A stretch of DNA of 64,000 nucleotides, from IMG/VR virus record IMGVR_UViG_3300010352_001405, positions 32,001 through 96,000 of that record; one strand, 5' to 3'. The first letter of the stretch is position 1; the number at the start of each line of letters is the position of its first letter. Positions 53,330 through 63,208 of this stretch are shown piece after piece. This stretch comes from a virus (taxonomy: Duplodnaviria > Caudoviricetes). The notes under the pieces were generated by a model that was not told the DNA's origin, made no database searches, and saw only the letters and a program-made list of their open reading frames with translations. The translations under genes were made by a program, and so were the position numbers.

Positions 53330-56300
53330 TTATTCACATTTACTCCAATGACAATCTAAACAAGAAATACAACTTTCTTTATATACAAGATTGGTTGAAC
53401 CGCAATTTGGACAAATATTTTTGCCATTTCCCTTATCGTCTTTTATATATTTCTTCAACATTCTGATTATACCTTTTTTCCAAGTTCCCATAGTATCACC
53501 GTCCAAATTTAGAGATTCTATGATACCTACAACAGAAGGAAGATGAATATGATGTCTGAGTAAAGCACTAGTCATTTTACCAATATTCCAATATTCTCTA
53601 GCGAAAGATCTATTTAAACCTGTCATTATAACTTCGTATCCTTCTTTATCAATATAAATAAAGTCATATCTAGATACTAAAATTCCTTCTTTGTTTTTTA
53701 TTTTTTCCTTTCTTATTTGGCCTTTTTCTATCCACGCTGGAATGACAAATGATTCTGCTAGACCAGTGAAAATTTCATAGGGAGAATCTTTTAATATACC
53801 AATAAACCCAATCCATTTTTCACCCTTATTAGTGAATCTAATAACATCACATTCTAAAATTCTTGGTCTTTTTGGTGCATTATTTTCTTCAAATTCAGTT
53901 TTCTTTTCTTCTTTTTTAACAATAACGCCTTGTCTGGATCCATCTCTATATATTGTTATTCCTTTACATCCACTTTTCCATCCAGTTTCATATACTTTTG
54001 AAACTAATTCCTCAGTAATATTATGTGGTAAATTCACCGTAACTGAAATAGAATGATCTATCCATTTTTGAATTTGACCTTGCATATTCACTTTTTCTAC
54101 CCAATCAATATCATTTGATGTTGAATTGAAATAAGGTGATTGTTTAATTATTTCATTTAATTTTTCATCATTCATTTTAGAAACTTCATCAACATCAAAT
54201 CCTTTAATTTTTAACCATTCAACAAATTTGTGATGAAAAACCACATATTCTTCCCAATCAATACCTTCAGCATCGGTAAAATCTATTTTAACTTTATTAT
54301 CATTTTGATTTATTTTTCTACGTCTTTTATAAGCAATTAAATAAGCTGGTTCTATTCCCGATGTTGTTTGAGTTAATGTGCTTACAGATCCTGTTGGTGC
54401 TAAAGTCAATAATGATATATTTCTTCTACCATAATTTTTCAACATTTCAGATAATTCTTTATCTGCATCTTTTAATCTATTAATAAAAGGATTATTAATT
54501 TCTCTATTATAATCATATATTGGAAAAGTTCCTCTTTCTTTAGCAAGGTTACAAGACGATTTATAAGCATTTATAGACATAAATTTATGAATTTCTACAG
54601 AAATTTCTGTAGCTGATTTAGTGCCATAATGTTTATTTAAAGCAGCTAACATATCTCCCTCTCCAGTAGTACCAAATCCAGTTCTCCTACCTTGAATAGT
54701 TTTTTCTTTTATATCTAACCACAATTGTTTTTCCCTACCTTTAATATAATCTTCCTCGGGATCAGAATTAATTTTTTCTATTATTTTATATATTTTTTCG
54801 ATTTCTAAATCTATCATATCATCCATTAATCTTTGACCTATCCAAACATGTTTCTTAAATAAATCAAAATCAAAATAAGCTTTATCAGTAAATGGATTAA
54901 TAACATAAGAATATAAATTGAGAGCCAATAACCTACAGGAATCCTTGCTACAAAGGGGAATTTCTCCGCAATTTTCAGTTAAAACGTTGATTTTAAAGTA
55001 TTTATCCGTGATAAAATAAGTGTGAAAGTCGTCCACAGTTCCGTTATATACGTTTTCTATTCCATCTAATTCTACAGATAATACTTTATGATTAAAAAAT
55101 ACAGATTCTTCTTTAAGTTCATTATAAGAACTAAAACCATATTTAGTTTTTAATCTAAATGGAATTTCGTTTTCTTTGCATTCTTTTTCCCATTCTTTCA
55201 ATAATGGGATTCTTTTTAAGTTAAATTCTAAATCATTGTATATTTTTAATTGTTTTTGTTTAGTTTCATTTCCTTTTGCGTTATATGTATCATTTATTGT
55301 GTTTTTTCTTTTATTTCTTATATTATTATTTGTATTAATATAATTTAGAGAACAACCATGTGAACAGAAACTTATTTCTCTTTTTATATAATTAACCCAA
55401 AAATATTTACCGCAATTTTCACATGTTTTTTCTATCATCACACAATTTTCTCTAATTTCGGCATTATATCCATTATTTAAAGCTTTTTTATATGTTTCAA
55501 CTAATCTTGGATCATTGTTGATAAAATCAATTTCTAATTCAATAGCTACTAATTTGGCTAAAGATGTTACACTTTCAAAATTTCTAAATTTTGTAAAATA
55601 TTGTGGTAAATTATTTTTTCTAGCATAATTTATCCAATCTTTTTTGGAAAATCGTTTACCTAATTGTTTAGTTAAAATTATAGCATGATTTTTAATTTCT
55701 TCATCTAATATTCCACTATAATTCGGATTATTCTCTCCTGGATGAGATGCGAAATCCAATTTCCATTTATTTGACATACTATGATAAGAATTCAATTTTC
55801 CTAATTTATCAATTGTATGTAATTTATCATGTTTTTCTTTTGACATGATAACTAAATTTTCAGGATTATTATTCATGCCATTATAATCTTTATGATGAAC
55901 AACCAAATTTTCATTTAAATCAACATTTTTATTATAATATTGAGCGATCAATCTATGTTCTCCGATCGATTCACTACCATTCCTAAGTGTATAATAAGTA
56001 TTAGATTTTTTATATTTATTTTCATATTTAGTCATAATCTTCAAACTATCACCATATTTTAAATTTTTAGCCTCTACTCTATCATTATCTCTTAATACAA
56101 ATACATGATTTCCAGTAACTCTGTATGAAATACCTCCTTCGATTGTAACTTTATAAATTTGTTGATCATATCCAGTTATGCGAGGATTTCTCATTTTTCT
56201 AATAACTAATTTTCCTTCATTATCCATTGAGTAAACTGGAACATCTTTACCTTCTTCCGCTAATTGTTTTATACTGACAGCATTGCGTCCATCAGCTACA

Positions 56301-57235
56301 GCTATTAAAGTATCTCCAACAACACATGGATTTGTTGAAATAGTCTTAAAACCTTGATCAGCATAACAATCCGGAACTGATTCACCTATAACTGTGTCCC
56401 AAAATAAAACACCTGGCTCAGCCGATTTCCAAGCGTTGTGTATTATTTTTTTCCATAATTCACTGGGATTAATTTCTTTAGATACTCTTGGATTTTCAGA
56501 ATAAATAGGATATTTTTGAATATAATTTTTCTTATTTTCAATAGCCTTCATAAATTCATCATCTATTCTGACAGATATATTTGATCCAGTTATTTTACCA
56601 TCAATCATTTTAGCGTCAATAAAATCTTCACTATCAGGATGATTTATACTAATAGATAACATTAAAGCTCCTCTCCTACCATTTTGAGCCACTTCTTTAG
56701 TAGAATTAGAATATCTTTCCATAAAAGAAACTATACCAGTTGACGTTATAGCGGAATTTTTAACTGGAGATCCTTTAGGTCTTATATGAGATAAATCATG
56801 ACCTACTCCACCCCTTCTCTTCATTAATTGTATCTGTTGTTCGTCAGTTAAACAAATAGCACCATAACTATCAGATTCATTTCCAACAACATAACAATTA
56901 GATAAACTAACTATTTGTTTATTATTTCCTATTCCTGACATAGGACTTCCTTGTGGTATTATGTATTTAAATTTATCTAATGTTTCGAATATCTCTTTTT
57001 CTGTTAATGGATTTTCATATTTATTTTCAATTCTAGCAAATTCTGATGCTAATCTATTGTGCATATCTGTTGGATCTTTCTCATAATATATAATATTATC
57101 ATCTATAATATCTTTCAAACAATATTTATTAATCCAAACATCTGTTGATAATTTATCACCATCAAAATATTTTATAGTAGATTCATAAACTTCATTTTTA
57201 GAATATAATTTCTTAGTAAATTGATCGCTTCCCAT
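53330..57235 (-). CDS. nrdJ: Class II (adenosylcobalamin-dependent) ribonucleotide reductase with intein
   Basis: PQGSPM, SLSNCYV, RRGGVG, GRRGALM, TNP|...|CGEIPL, APTGS, GITIYRDGSR, C-terminal CPNCG...C..C..SKC. Confidence 0.92.
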   Translation of the reverse strand: MGSDQFTKKLYSKNEVYESTIKYFDGDKLSTDVWINKYCLKDIIDDNIIYYEKDPTDMHNRLASEFARIENKYENPLTEKEIFETLDKFKYIIPQGSPMSGIGNNKQIVSLSNCYVVGNESDSYGAICLTDEQQIQLMKRRGGVGHDLSHIRPKGSPVKNSAITSTGIVSFMERYSNSTKEVAQNGRRGALMLSISINHPDSEDFIDAKMIDGKITGSNISVRIDDEFMKAIENKKNYIQKYPIYSENPRVSKEINPSELWKKIIHNAWKSAEPGVLFWDTVIGESVPDCYADQGFKTISTNPCVVGDTLIAVADGRNAVSIKQLAEEGKDVPVYSMDNEGKLVIRKMRNPRITGYDQQIYKVTIEGGISYRVTGNHVFVLRDNDRVEAKNLKYGDSLKIMTKYENKYKKSNTYYTLRNGSESIGEHRLIAQYYNKNVDLNENLVVHHKDYNGMNNNPENLVIMSKEKHDKLHTIDKLGKLNSYHSMSNKWKLDFASHPGENNPNYSGILDEEIKNHAIILTKQLGKRFSKKDWINYARKNNLPQYFTKFRNFESVTSLAKLVAIELEIDFINNDPRLVETYKKALNNGYNAEIRENCVMIEKTCENCGKYFWVNYIKREISFCSHGCSLNYINTNNNIRNKRKNTINDTYNAKGNETKQKQLKIYNDLEFNLKRIPLLKEWEKECKENEIPFRLKTKYGFSSYNELKEESVFFNHKVLSVELDGIENVYNGTVDDFHTYFITDKYFKINVLTENCGEIPLCSKDSCRLLALNLYSYVINPFTDKAYFDFDLFKKHVWIGQRLMDDMIDLEIEKIYKIIEKINSDPEEDYIKGREKQLWLDIKEKTIQGRRTGFGTTGEGDMLAALNKHYGTKSATEISVEIHKFMSINAYKSSCNLAKERGTFPIYDYNREINNPFINRLKDADKELSEMLKNYGRRNISLLTLAPTGSVSTLTQTTSGIEPAYLIAYKRRRKINQNDNKVKIDFTDAEGIDWEEYVVFHHKFVEWLKIKGFDVDEVSKMNDEKLNEIIKQSPYFNSTSNDIDWVEKVNMQGQIQKWIDHSISVTVNLPHNITEELVSKVYETGWKSGCKGITIYRDGSRQGVIVKKEEKKTEFEENNAPKRPRILECDVIRFTNKGEKWIGFIGILKDSPYEIFTGLAESFVIPAWIEKGQIRKEKIKNKEGILVSRYDFIYIDKEGYEVIMTGLNRSFAREYWNIGKMTSALLRHHIHLPSVVGIIESLNLDGDTMGTWKKGIIRMLKKYIKDDKGNGKNICPNCGSTNLVYKESCISCLDCHWSKCE
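54971..56326 (-). mobile_element. Contiguous intein (452 aa) with HNH endonuclease in the RNR active-site NP|CGE
   Basis: Starts CVVGDT; VTGNH block B; VVHHKDYNGMNNNPENL HNH; ends VYNGTV..FHTYF...TEN, then C+1. Confidence 0.9.
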
Positions 57236-57287
57236 ATTGTTAATTTATTTTTTATTTTTATTGATTAAATGACATATAGTTTAAAAA

Positions 57288-58394
57288 TTATTTAAAATTC
57301 ATGTCATTAATATACTTATTTAATTTATTTATAACATCATCTTTATAATTAATTCTTAATAATTTTAATGAATTTTTTTCACAAAATTCATTTTTTATAA
57401 TATCATGTTTTTTTATAATATCGAATTGTTTTTCACCACCCCATCTATCAACTGATTCAAAGTGTTGTATACCATCATATTCTATGCAAATATTATAATC
57501 CGATAAATAAAAGTCAAATGGTAATTTTTTAGTGTCCTTACAATCATCAAATTTTTTTTGTCTAATAAAATTAATATTTTTATTTCTTAAATATTCAACT
57601 ATTTTTTTCTCCCCGCTACTTTCATTACAAAAAATACATCCATGACCATCTAAATGATTATTTAAAGTCTGAAAAAATTCACCATGCTTATTACATATAA
57701 CTCTTATTTTATTAGATGTTCTATCAAAATTTTCAGTATCATATTCGTATTTATTATCATGCAAATTATTTAATTTTTCAATAATATCGAAATAATTTTT
57801 TTTACTATTCGGAGAACATTTATAACATCCCTTACCTTGTAAATGATTAACTGGTGTCTGCTCGAAAATACCATGAACTGGACATACTATTTTTACTTTA
57901 GTATGCATACTAATATATTCAACCAAATCATAATTATATAAATCATTATGAACCATTTTAAATTTATTAATTATAACTTCTTTATCATTCCTCTTCTTAT
58001 CAAAAAAACATTTCTTACAACCATGCCTAATATGATTATGTGGAGTTTGCTCGAAAACACCATGAATTGGACATATTATTTTTATCTTAGTGTGCATATT
58101 AATATATTCAACTAAAGAATAATCATAATAATTATCATGAATATTATTAAATCTTTTTATAAAATCATCAATTGACATATTTTTATTAGCACATTTAGGA
58201 CACCCACTTTTTAAATGAATATGATTAGCAGGTTGTTGTTCAAAAATTCCATGAACTGGACATATTATCTTTACCTTAGTCTTATTGTTAATATAATTTA
58301 CTAAAGAATAATCATATCTATCTTTATGAATTAAAATAGATTTATTTATGAAATTTTCATTTTTATCCATATATTTATTTAAAATCCATGTCAT
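57288..58394 (-). CDS. Putative homing endonuclease with DUF723-like Zn repeats and a C-terminal PD-(D/E)XK/Vsr-like domain
   Basis: Four YDYSLV.Y...K.KIICP.HG.FEQ-type repeats; LPFDFYL...IEYDGIQHF. Confidence 0.8.
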   Translation of the reverse strand: MTWILNKYMDKNENFINKSILIHKDRYDYSLVNYINNKTKVKIICPVHGIFEQQPANHIHLKSGCPKCANKNMSIDDFIKRFNNIHDNYYDYSLVEYINMHTKIKIICPIHGVFEQTPHNHIRHGCKKCFFDKKRNDKEVIINKFKMVHNDLYNYDLVEYISMHTKVKIVCPVHGIFEQTPVNHLQGKGCYKCSPNSKKNYFDIIEKLNNLHDNKYEYDTENFDRTSNKIRVICNKHGEFFQTLNNHLDGHGCIFCNESSGEKKIVEYLRNKNINFIRQKKFDDCKDTKKLPFDFYLSDYNICIEYDGIQHFESVDRWGGEKQFDIIKKHDIIKNEFCEKNSLKLLRINYKDDVINKLNKYINDMNFK

Positions 58395-59094
58395 CTAAAA
58401 TATTTAAATACCCCTTATCTTTTAATTCTCTAAGTATAGACGTGGCATATTTTTTATCTAATAGTTTAAACATATTAAAAATATTGTCGGTGAAATAATA
58501 GCTGAGTTCAACAAATATTTCAGACTTGGAATATTGTTTATCCATATTTATCAATAACATTTTGTAATAATTATTGAATATGGCTTTATTTGGTTTTCTT
58601 CTATTGACGCTAAAATCTAAATCTGTATTATTTTTTAATAAATTATATATATCTTCAGATAATTTTCTTCTGCTAGCGATTTCATCACCTCTTCTACTTT
58701 CTTCATCGAAAATACTTCCTTTTTCTATTGGAATATCACCCGAATCATAAGCATCTAATTCATTTATTCCATAATTGATATAATAAGAATTATCTTCTAA
58801 TTCTACTTTGTTTAATTTTCCATTAAAAATTGTGTCTCTTTTTAAACTATGTTTTCCTTCTAACTTATGATTGTTTGTATTATATTTAAAATAAACATCC
58901 AAATCACTTTCTGATTCATCATTATTGACAGTATTATCTATTGTAATATCTGTATCTTCTATAATATCTGTATCTTCTATAATATCTTTGGCAAAATCGT
59001 CATTTAATTCTTCTTGTATTAATAAATCTTCTTCTAATATTTCAATTTTTATTTCATCTTCTTCATTTATATTATCAGATTCTATTTCAATCAT
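58375..59094 (-). CDS. Acidic hypothetical protein
   Basis: 239 aa, D/E-rich N-terminus. Confidence 0.7.
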   Translation of the reverse strand: MIEIESDNINEEDEIKIEILEEDLLIQEELNDDFAKDIIEDTDIIEDTDITIDNTVNNDESESDLDVYFKYNTNNHKLEGKHSLKRDTIFNGKLNKVELEDNSYYINYGINELDAYDSGDIPIEKGSIFDEESRRGDEIASRRKLSEDIYNLLKNNTDLDFSVNRRKPNKAIFNNYYKMLLINMDKQYSKSEIFVELSYYFTDNIFNMFKLLDKKYATSILRELKDKGYLNILDDMDFK

Positions 59095-59240
59095 ATTTAA
59101 AATATTATTTTTTACATCGCAAGATATATCTATTGTGGATATATATGCTAATCCGCATTATAGGTTTAAATAATTTTTTGTAATTTATAGGAAGGTCATA
59201 ATCTTTTTTATATATAAATAATAAAATACAAAAATTTATT

Positions 59241-59765
59241 ATGTCATCAAAAGATAAAAAAATAGAAACTAATATAATAACAACAGAAAAAGTCAATCAA
59301 ATAATGGAAAAAGAGAAACACGCTCTTCCATTAAAATTACACGAAAGACTTTGGTTTAGAGGTAAAGATAATTTTGGTATAAGAAAGCAGGGTATTAAAT
59401 TCGCATCAACTCAAGAAGAAATAGAAGAATATATTAAATGTAAATTATCAGTTTATTATTTTGCTGAAAAATATTGTAAAATTAAATTAGAAGACGGTTC
59501 TGTTGGTCAAATGAAACTCAGAGATTATCAAAAAGATATTATTAAACTATATACCGAAAATCGATTCAGTATATTAATGGCTAGCCGGCAAGTAGGTAAA
59601 TGTATTGATTTTAATACCAGAATATTATGCAAGGACGAACTAACGGAAAATACATTTTATATTTCTATTGGAAGACTTTATTATGATATATTATCAGAAA
59701 AACGTAAATTAAACATCTACGAAAAAATTAAACTTTTTCTATATAAAATTTTAGAAAAAATTTAA
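59241..59765 (+). CDS. terL: Terminase large subunit (T4 gp17-like) N-extein (120 aa) plus IntN (54 aa, from 59601)
   Basis: EEYIKC...YFAEKYCKI, LRDYQ (adenine-binding), Walker A ASRQVGK followed by CIDFNTRI..., then stop. Confidence 0.88.
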   Translation: MSSKDKKIETNIITTEKVNQIMEKEKHALPLKLHERLWFRGKDNFGIRKQGIKFASTQEEIEEYIKCKLSVYYFAEKYCKIKLEDGSVGQMKLRDYQKDIIKLYTENRFSILMASRQVGKCIDFNTRILCKDELTENTFYISIGRLYYDILSEKRKLNIYEKIKLFLYKILEKI

Positions 59766-59842
59766 ATACATTTACATTTATGTCATAAAGCCGTTTAAAC
59801 TTTTTCATATAATTTGTATATAAATAATAAAAAATACGAATT

Positions 59843-60805
59843 ATGGAAAATTTAATTACATGTAAAGTTTGTGGCAAACAATCGACGAGAATCTATGGAG
59901 CTCATTTAAAAAAACACGGTTTAACGTCTGAAGAATATTTAAAATTGTATCCTGGCTCTCCTCTTTACACTGAATCAGATAATAAACAAACCACGAAAAA
60001 TTCGGGAAAACATATGAAACAAGAAAAATATAGAAAGATGTTTTCTGAAAAAATCAGAGGCGAAAATAATCCAAATAGCAAAGCAAAAACCACAGAAGAA
60101 GAAAGAAAAAGTAGAAGTCCTTTCTCAAAAAATTTTATAAAATATAAAAATGAAAATGAAGTTTTGAATTTTTCGATGAAAGTTCAAAAAGAAATTACAC
60201 CAGAAAAAAGACCAAATAGAATAGAATATTGGTTAAATAAAGGATATTCTTATGTAGAAGCTGAAAAACAATTAACAAATAGACAAAAAACATTTTCATT
60301 GAAAAAATGTATAGAAAAATACGGAGAAGAAAAAGGTAGAGAAATATTCAGTGATAGACAAAAAAAATGGCAAAAAAGCTTAAATGAAAATGGTAATTTA
60401 AAACATGGATTTTCAAGATCTTCTCAAATCTTATTTTACGATATTTTAGAAAAATATGATTTGAAAGATCATAGACATATATTTTTTGCTACTAAAAATA
60501 AAGAATTCAATTTACCAAAAAAAGAAGGCGGAATATGGATTTATGATTATACAGATATTAAAAATAAAAAAATGATAGAATATAATGGAGATGAATATCA
60601 CGCAAATCCAAAATATTTTGAAAAAAATGATATATCACATCCGTTCAGAAAACAATATACAGCTGAACAAATATGGGAAAAAGATAAAAGGAAATTAAAT
60701 GTAGCTGAGGAAAATGGATATTCTATGCATGTAGTATGGGATTCTGAATATCGCAGTCATCCAGATAAAATTCTTCAAGAATGTCTTGATTTTCTAAATG
60801 TTTAG
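59843..60805 (+). CDS. Free-standing Vsr-like/EDxHD-type homing endonuclease after TerL-IntN
   Basis: CKVC...HLKKH, YWLNKGY, CIEKYGEEKG, YDY...MIEYNGDEYH, GYSMHVVWDSEY. Confidence 0.82.
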   Translation: MENLITCKVCGKQSTRIYGAHLKKHGLTSEEYLKLYPGSPLYTESDNKQTTKNSGKHMKQEKYRKMFSEKIRGENNPNSKAKTTEEERKSRSPFSKNFIKYKNENEVLNFSMKVQKEITPEKRPNRIEYWLNKGYSYVEAEKQLTNRQKTFSLKKCIEKYGEEKGREIFSDRQKKWQKSLNENGNLKHGFSRSSQILFYDILEKYDLKDHRHIFFATKNKEFNLPKKEGGIWIYDYTDIKNKKMIEYNGDEYHANPKYFEKNDISHPFRKQYTAEQIWEKDKRKLNVAEENGYSMHVVWDSEYRSHPDKILQECLDFLNV

Positions 60806-60853
60806 ATATTGTAAAACGATAGAATTTATTAGATCACAGTGACAATACCAAAC

Positions 60854-61204
60854 TCAACGCGGTATAGAAATTTTTAAGTAGCCACAGAATCCACTTTCGG
60901 AACGATAATGATCAAATCCCTTTTTTTCATAATAATATTTAATCATATCGATTAGATGTACATTATGTCCGCCTCGAGTATTAAAATCATCGGCATATAA
61001 TGTAACACTATCTGATGATTCAAATTTTTTATTTATTTTTCTTATCAATTTCGGTAATCTCTCCTTAGCTTCTTTTAATAATTTTTCTTCTCTCATTTTA
61101 GATTCAGATTCTTTTCTATTCTTTAATTCATCAAGATCGATATCATTATATTGTCTTTTTTTAACGAAATTCAGCCATTCGTTCATGCTTTTTAAATTTT
61201 CCAT
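60854..61204 (-). CDS. Hypothetical protein with leader-like N-terminus
   Basis: MENLKSMNEW; 116 aa. Confidence 0.6.
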   Translation of the reverse strand: MENLKSMNEWLNFVKKRQYNDIDLDELKNRKESESKMREEKLLKEAKERLPKLIRKINKKFESSDSVTLYADDFNTRGGHNVHLIDMIKYYYEKKGFDHYRSESGFCGYLKISIPR

Positions 61205-61255
61205 GTTTTCTTTTTTTTTTTAATATATACAATAAAAAAAAAGAAAATACAGATT

Positions 61256-61633
61256 ATGAAACACGTCAAACTATATGAAGAATATGGGTTAGTTAATAAA
61301 ATTAAAAGAAAATTATTCCCAGAAGAAATTAATGATGTTATCGATGAAATTGAAAATGATCCAAAAATTTCTAAATTGATTTATGGTCCTACTAAAGAAG
61401 ATAAATACGGAATATCTGAAGTGTGTATTGGTTATAAAATCGGAAACGATAAAGCAATAACTCTATCTGGATTTTCTAGTAATTGTCACATTAAACTATG
61501 GAAATTACCTATAGGATCTGATGGAAAAATTTTAGGGATATATTATATAGATGAAGATACAAATAGAAGGATTGGAAATTCTTTACGTGAATTAGTTAGA
61601 AAATTTAAAAGTGGAACAAGATATCAAAATTAA
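61256..61633 (+). CDS. Hypothetical protein with leader motif
   Basis: MKHVKLYEEY; TTTTAATATATA upstream. Confidence 0.65.
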   Translation: MKHVKLYEEYGLVNKIKRKLFPEEINDVIDEIENDPKISKLIYGPTKEDKYGISEVCIGYKIGNDKAITLSGFSSNCHIKLWKLPIGSDGKILGIYYIDEDTNRRIGNSLRELVRKFKSGTRYQN

Positions 61634-61649
61634 ATAAAAAAATTTTCAT

Positions 61650-61689
61650 CGTAAAAAAAACCTACCCGATGAGTAGGTTTTTTTTACGA
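61650..61689. terminator. Bidirectional terminator; second hairpin at about 61711-61728
   Basis: cgtaaaaaaaacctac-loop-gtaggttttttttacg between convergent genes. Confidence 0.75.
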
Positions 61690-61736
61690 TCAAGACAAGA
61701 GTTCCAGAAAAACCCTCTTCCGAGGGGTGAAAAAAT

Positions 61737-62750
61737 TTATTTATCATCATCAAAATCGAAAAAATCATCGATTGATTCGTCTTCGATGACATCGTTTGAT
61801 GGAAGTTTAGTACTAGCCTTTTTAATTGAATCTTCAGCGTAATTAAATGGTTTGTTACCATTAAGTAACTGGATGATTTTATCAACATTACTTCTTTTTT
61901 CATCAGACCATCCTTCCATAGATGGAGCGTGATCTTCCAAATTAACATTAGCTGGTCGAGATGTAACAACTTCTTTAATTTTATTTTGCCATTTTTTATC
62001 TACAATAGAAAATTTACCGTTTTCTTCAACAACAGGAGGTGTAATAAATTTATTAGTTTTATCATTCCAAATTTTAATTGGAGAATTTGTTAAGAATTGA
62101 CTGGTATCATAATTTGGCATTTCAACTGTTCCTCTACCGTCGGGTGATGGAGTTTTTACCAATTTTATAATCAATCTAAAATCTTTTCCATTCACGAAAT
62201 CGAAAATGTTACATTTTTCTCCAACATCTCCATTAATCTCAGCATTAATTTTCTGTTTAATCTTTGGACCATAAGGATAAACTAAAATTTTACCGACCAA
62301 TTCAGGATGTTGTTCATCTTCAATAATCATCACATAAGAATAAAATTTAGTACTTCTTTTTATTCTCTTTGAATTTTCAACATCTGCTTGATTATTAGAT
62401 TTGTAAAGTTTCCAAAAAGTTGCACATAAAGGACATGGTGTTTGTTGTGAAATATTCTTTTCACAATCATAATATCCAGCTAATTCAGGATAATCTTTAA
62501 AATCTGCATAATGTACATGTTTTTGAATAGCTGCTGGGCCTGTTCCCGAACCATCACGGTTAACATTTCTAATAAATCTAATAGTTGATCTGTAACCAAC
62601 GCCCTTTGGATCTGCTGCGTCTTCTAATTTTGGACGATATATACCGTCTTGGTTTTTGCTTTCTTTATTTAAAAAAGCCAATTCTTCATTTTGAACTTCA
62701 TCATTCGATTCAAATAAGAAATTTTCATCTTTGTCTTTGTATTCTGCCAT
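61737..62750 (-). CDS. Single-stranded DNA-binding protein (T4 gp32-like)
   Basis: IRF, H...C..CPLC Zn site, GKILVYPYG.KI..KI, GKDF, NYDTSQF, acidic tail DDFFDFDDDK. Confidence 0.88.
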   Translation of the reverse strand: MAEYKDKDENFLFESNDEVQNEELAFLNKESKNQDGIYRPKLEDAADPKGVGYRSTIRFIRNVNRDGSGTGPAAIQKHVHYADFKDYPELAGYYDCEKNISQQTPCPLCATFWKLYKSNNQADVENSKRIKRSTKFYSYVMIIEDEQHPELVGKILVYPYGPKIKQKINAEINGDVGEKCNIFDFVNGKDFRLIIKLVKTPSPDGRGTVEMPNYDTSQFLTNSPIKIWNDKTNKFITPPVVEENGKFSIVDKKWQNKIKEVVTSRPANVNLEDHAPSMEGWSDEKRSNVDKIIQLLNGNKPFNYAEDSIKKASTKLPSNDVIEDESIDDFFDFDDDK

Positions 62751-62890
62751 AAAGCCTACGATTTTTTTTTGATGATAGCTATTGCCGTCATTTTCATTTA
62801 ATTGCCTAAAAAGCCTTTTAATATATAATATATATTATTAATTAAAAATAGTTTTAAAAAATAACATATTTAATTATATTAAAATTTAAT

Positions 62891-63208
62891 TTATATTTTC
62901 AATCCTTCATTCATCATTAATTGTTTAAAATTTTCTATTTTTTCATTATCATCAATTTCTTCATATGATACTTTCAATATAGCATTAAATAATCTTTTAA
63001 TATATTCTTCTTTTGTTAATTCTTTTTGACCGTCAATTCCGTCAAAATTATTTAAAATTTTAATATAAAATTCATCGAATGATAATCTATCATTATAATT
63101 TTCATTTAAAGATTTAATAAGAATATTAAAATCTTGATATAATTTTTTATATAATTCAAAATCATCTACTATATTTTCACTTAATATTTCCCTGATTGTT
63201 TTGTTCAT
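62891..63208 (-). CDS. Hypothetical protein
   Basis: 105-aa ORF coupled to the upstream stop. Confidence 0.6.
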   Translation of the reverse strand: MNKTIREILSENIVDDFELYKKLYQDFNILIKSLNENYNDRLSFDEFYIKILNNFDGIDGQKELTKEEYIKRLFNAILKVSYEEIDDNEKIENFKQLMMNEGLKI

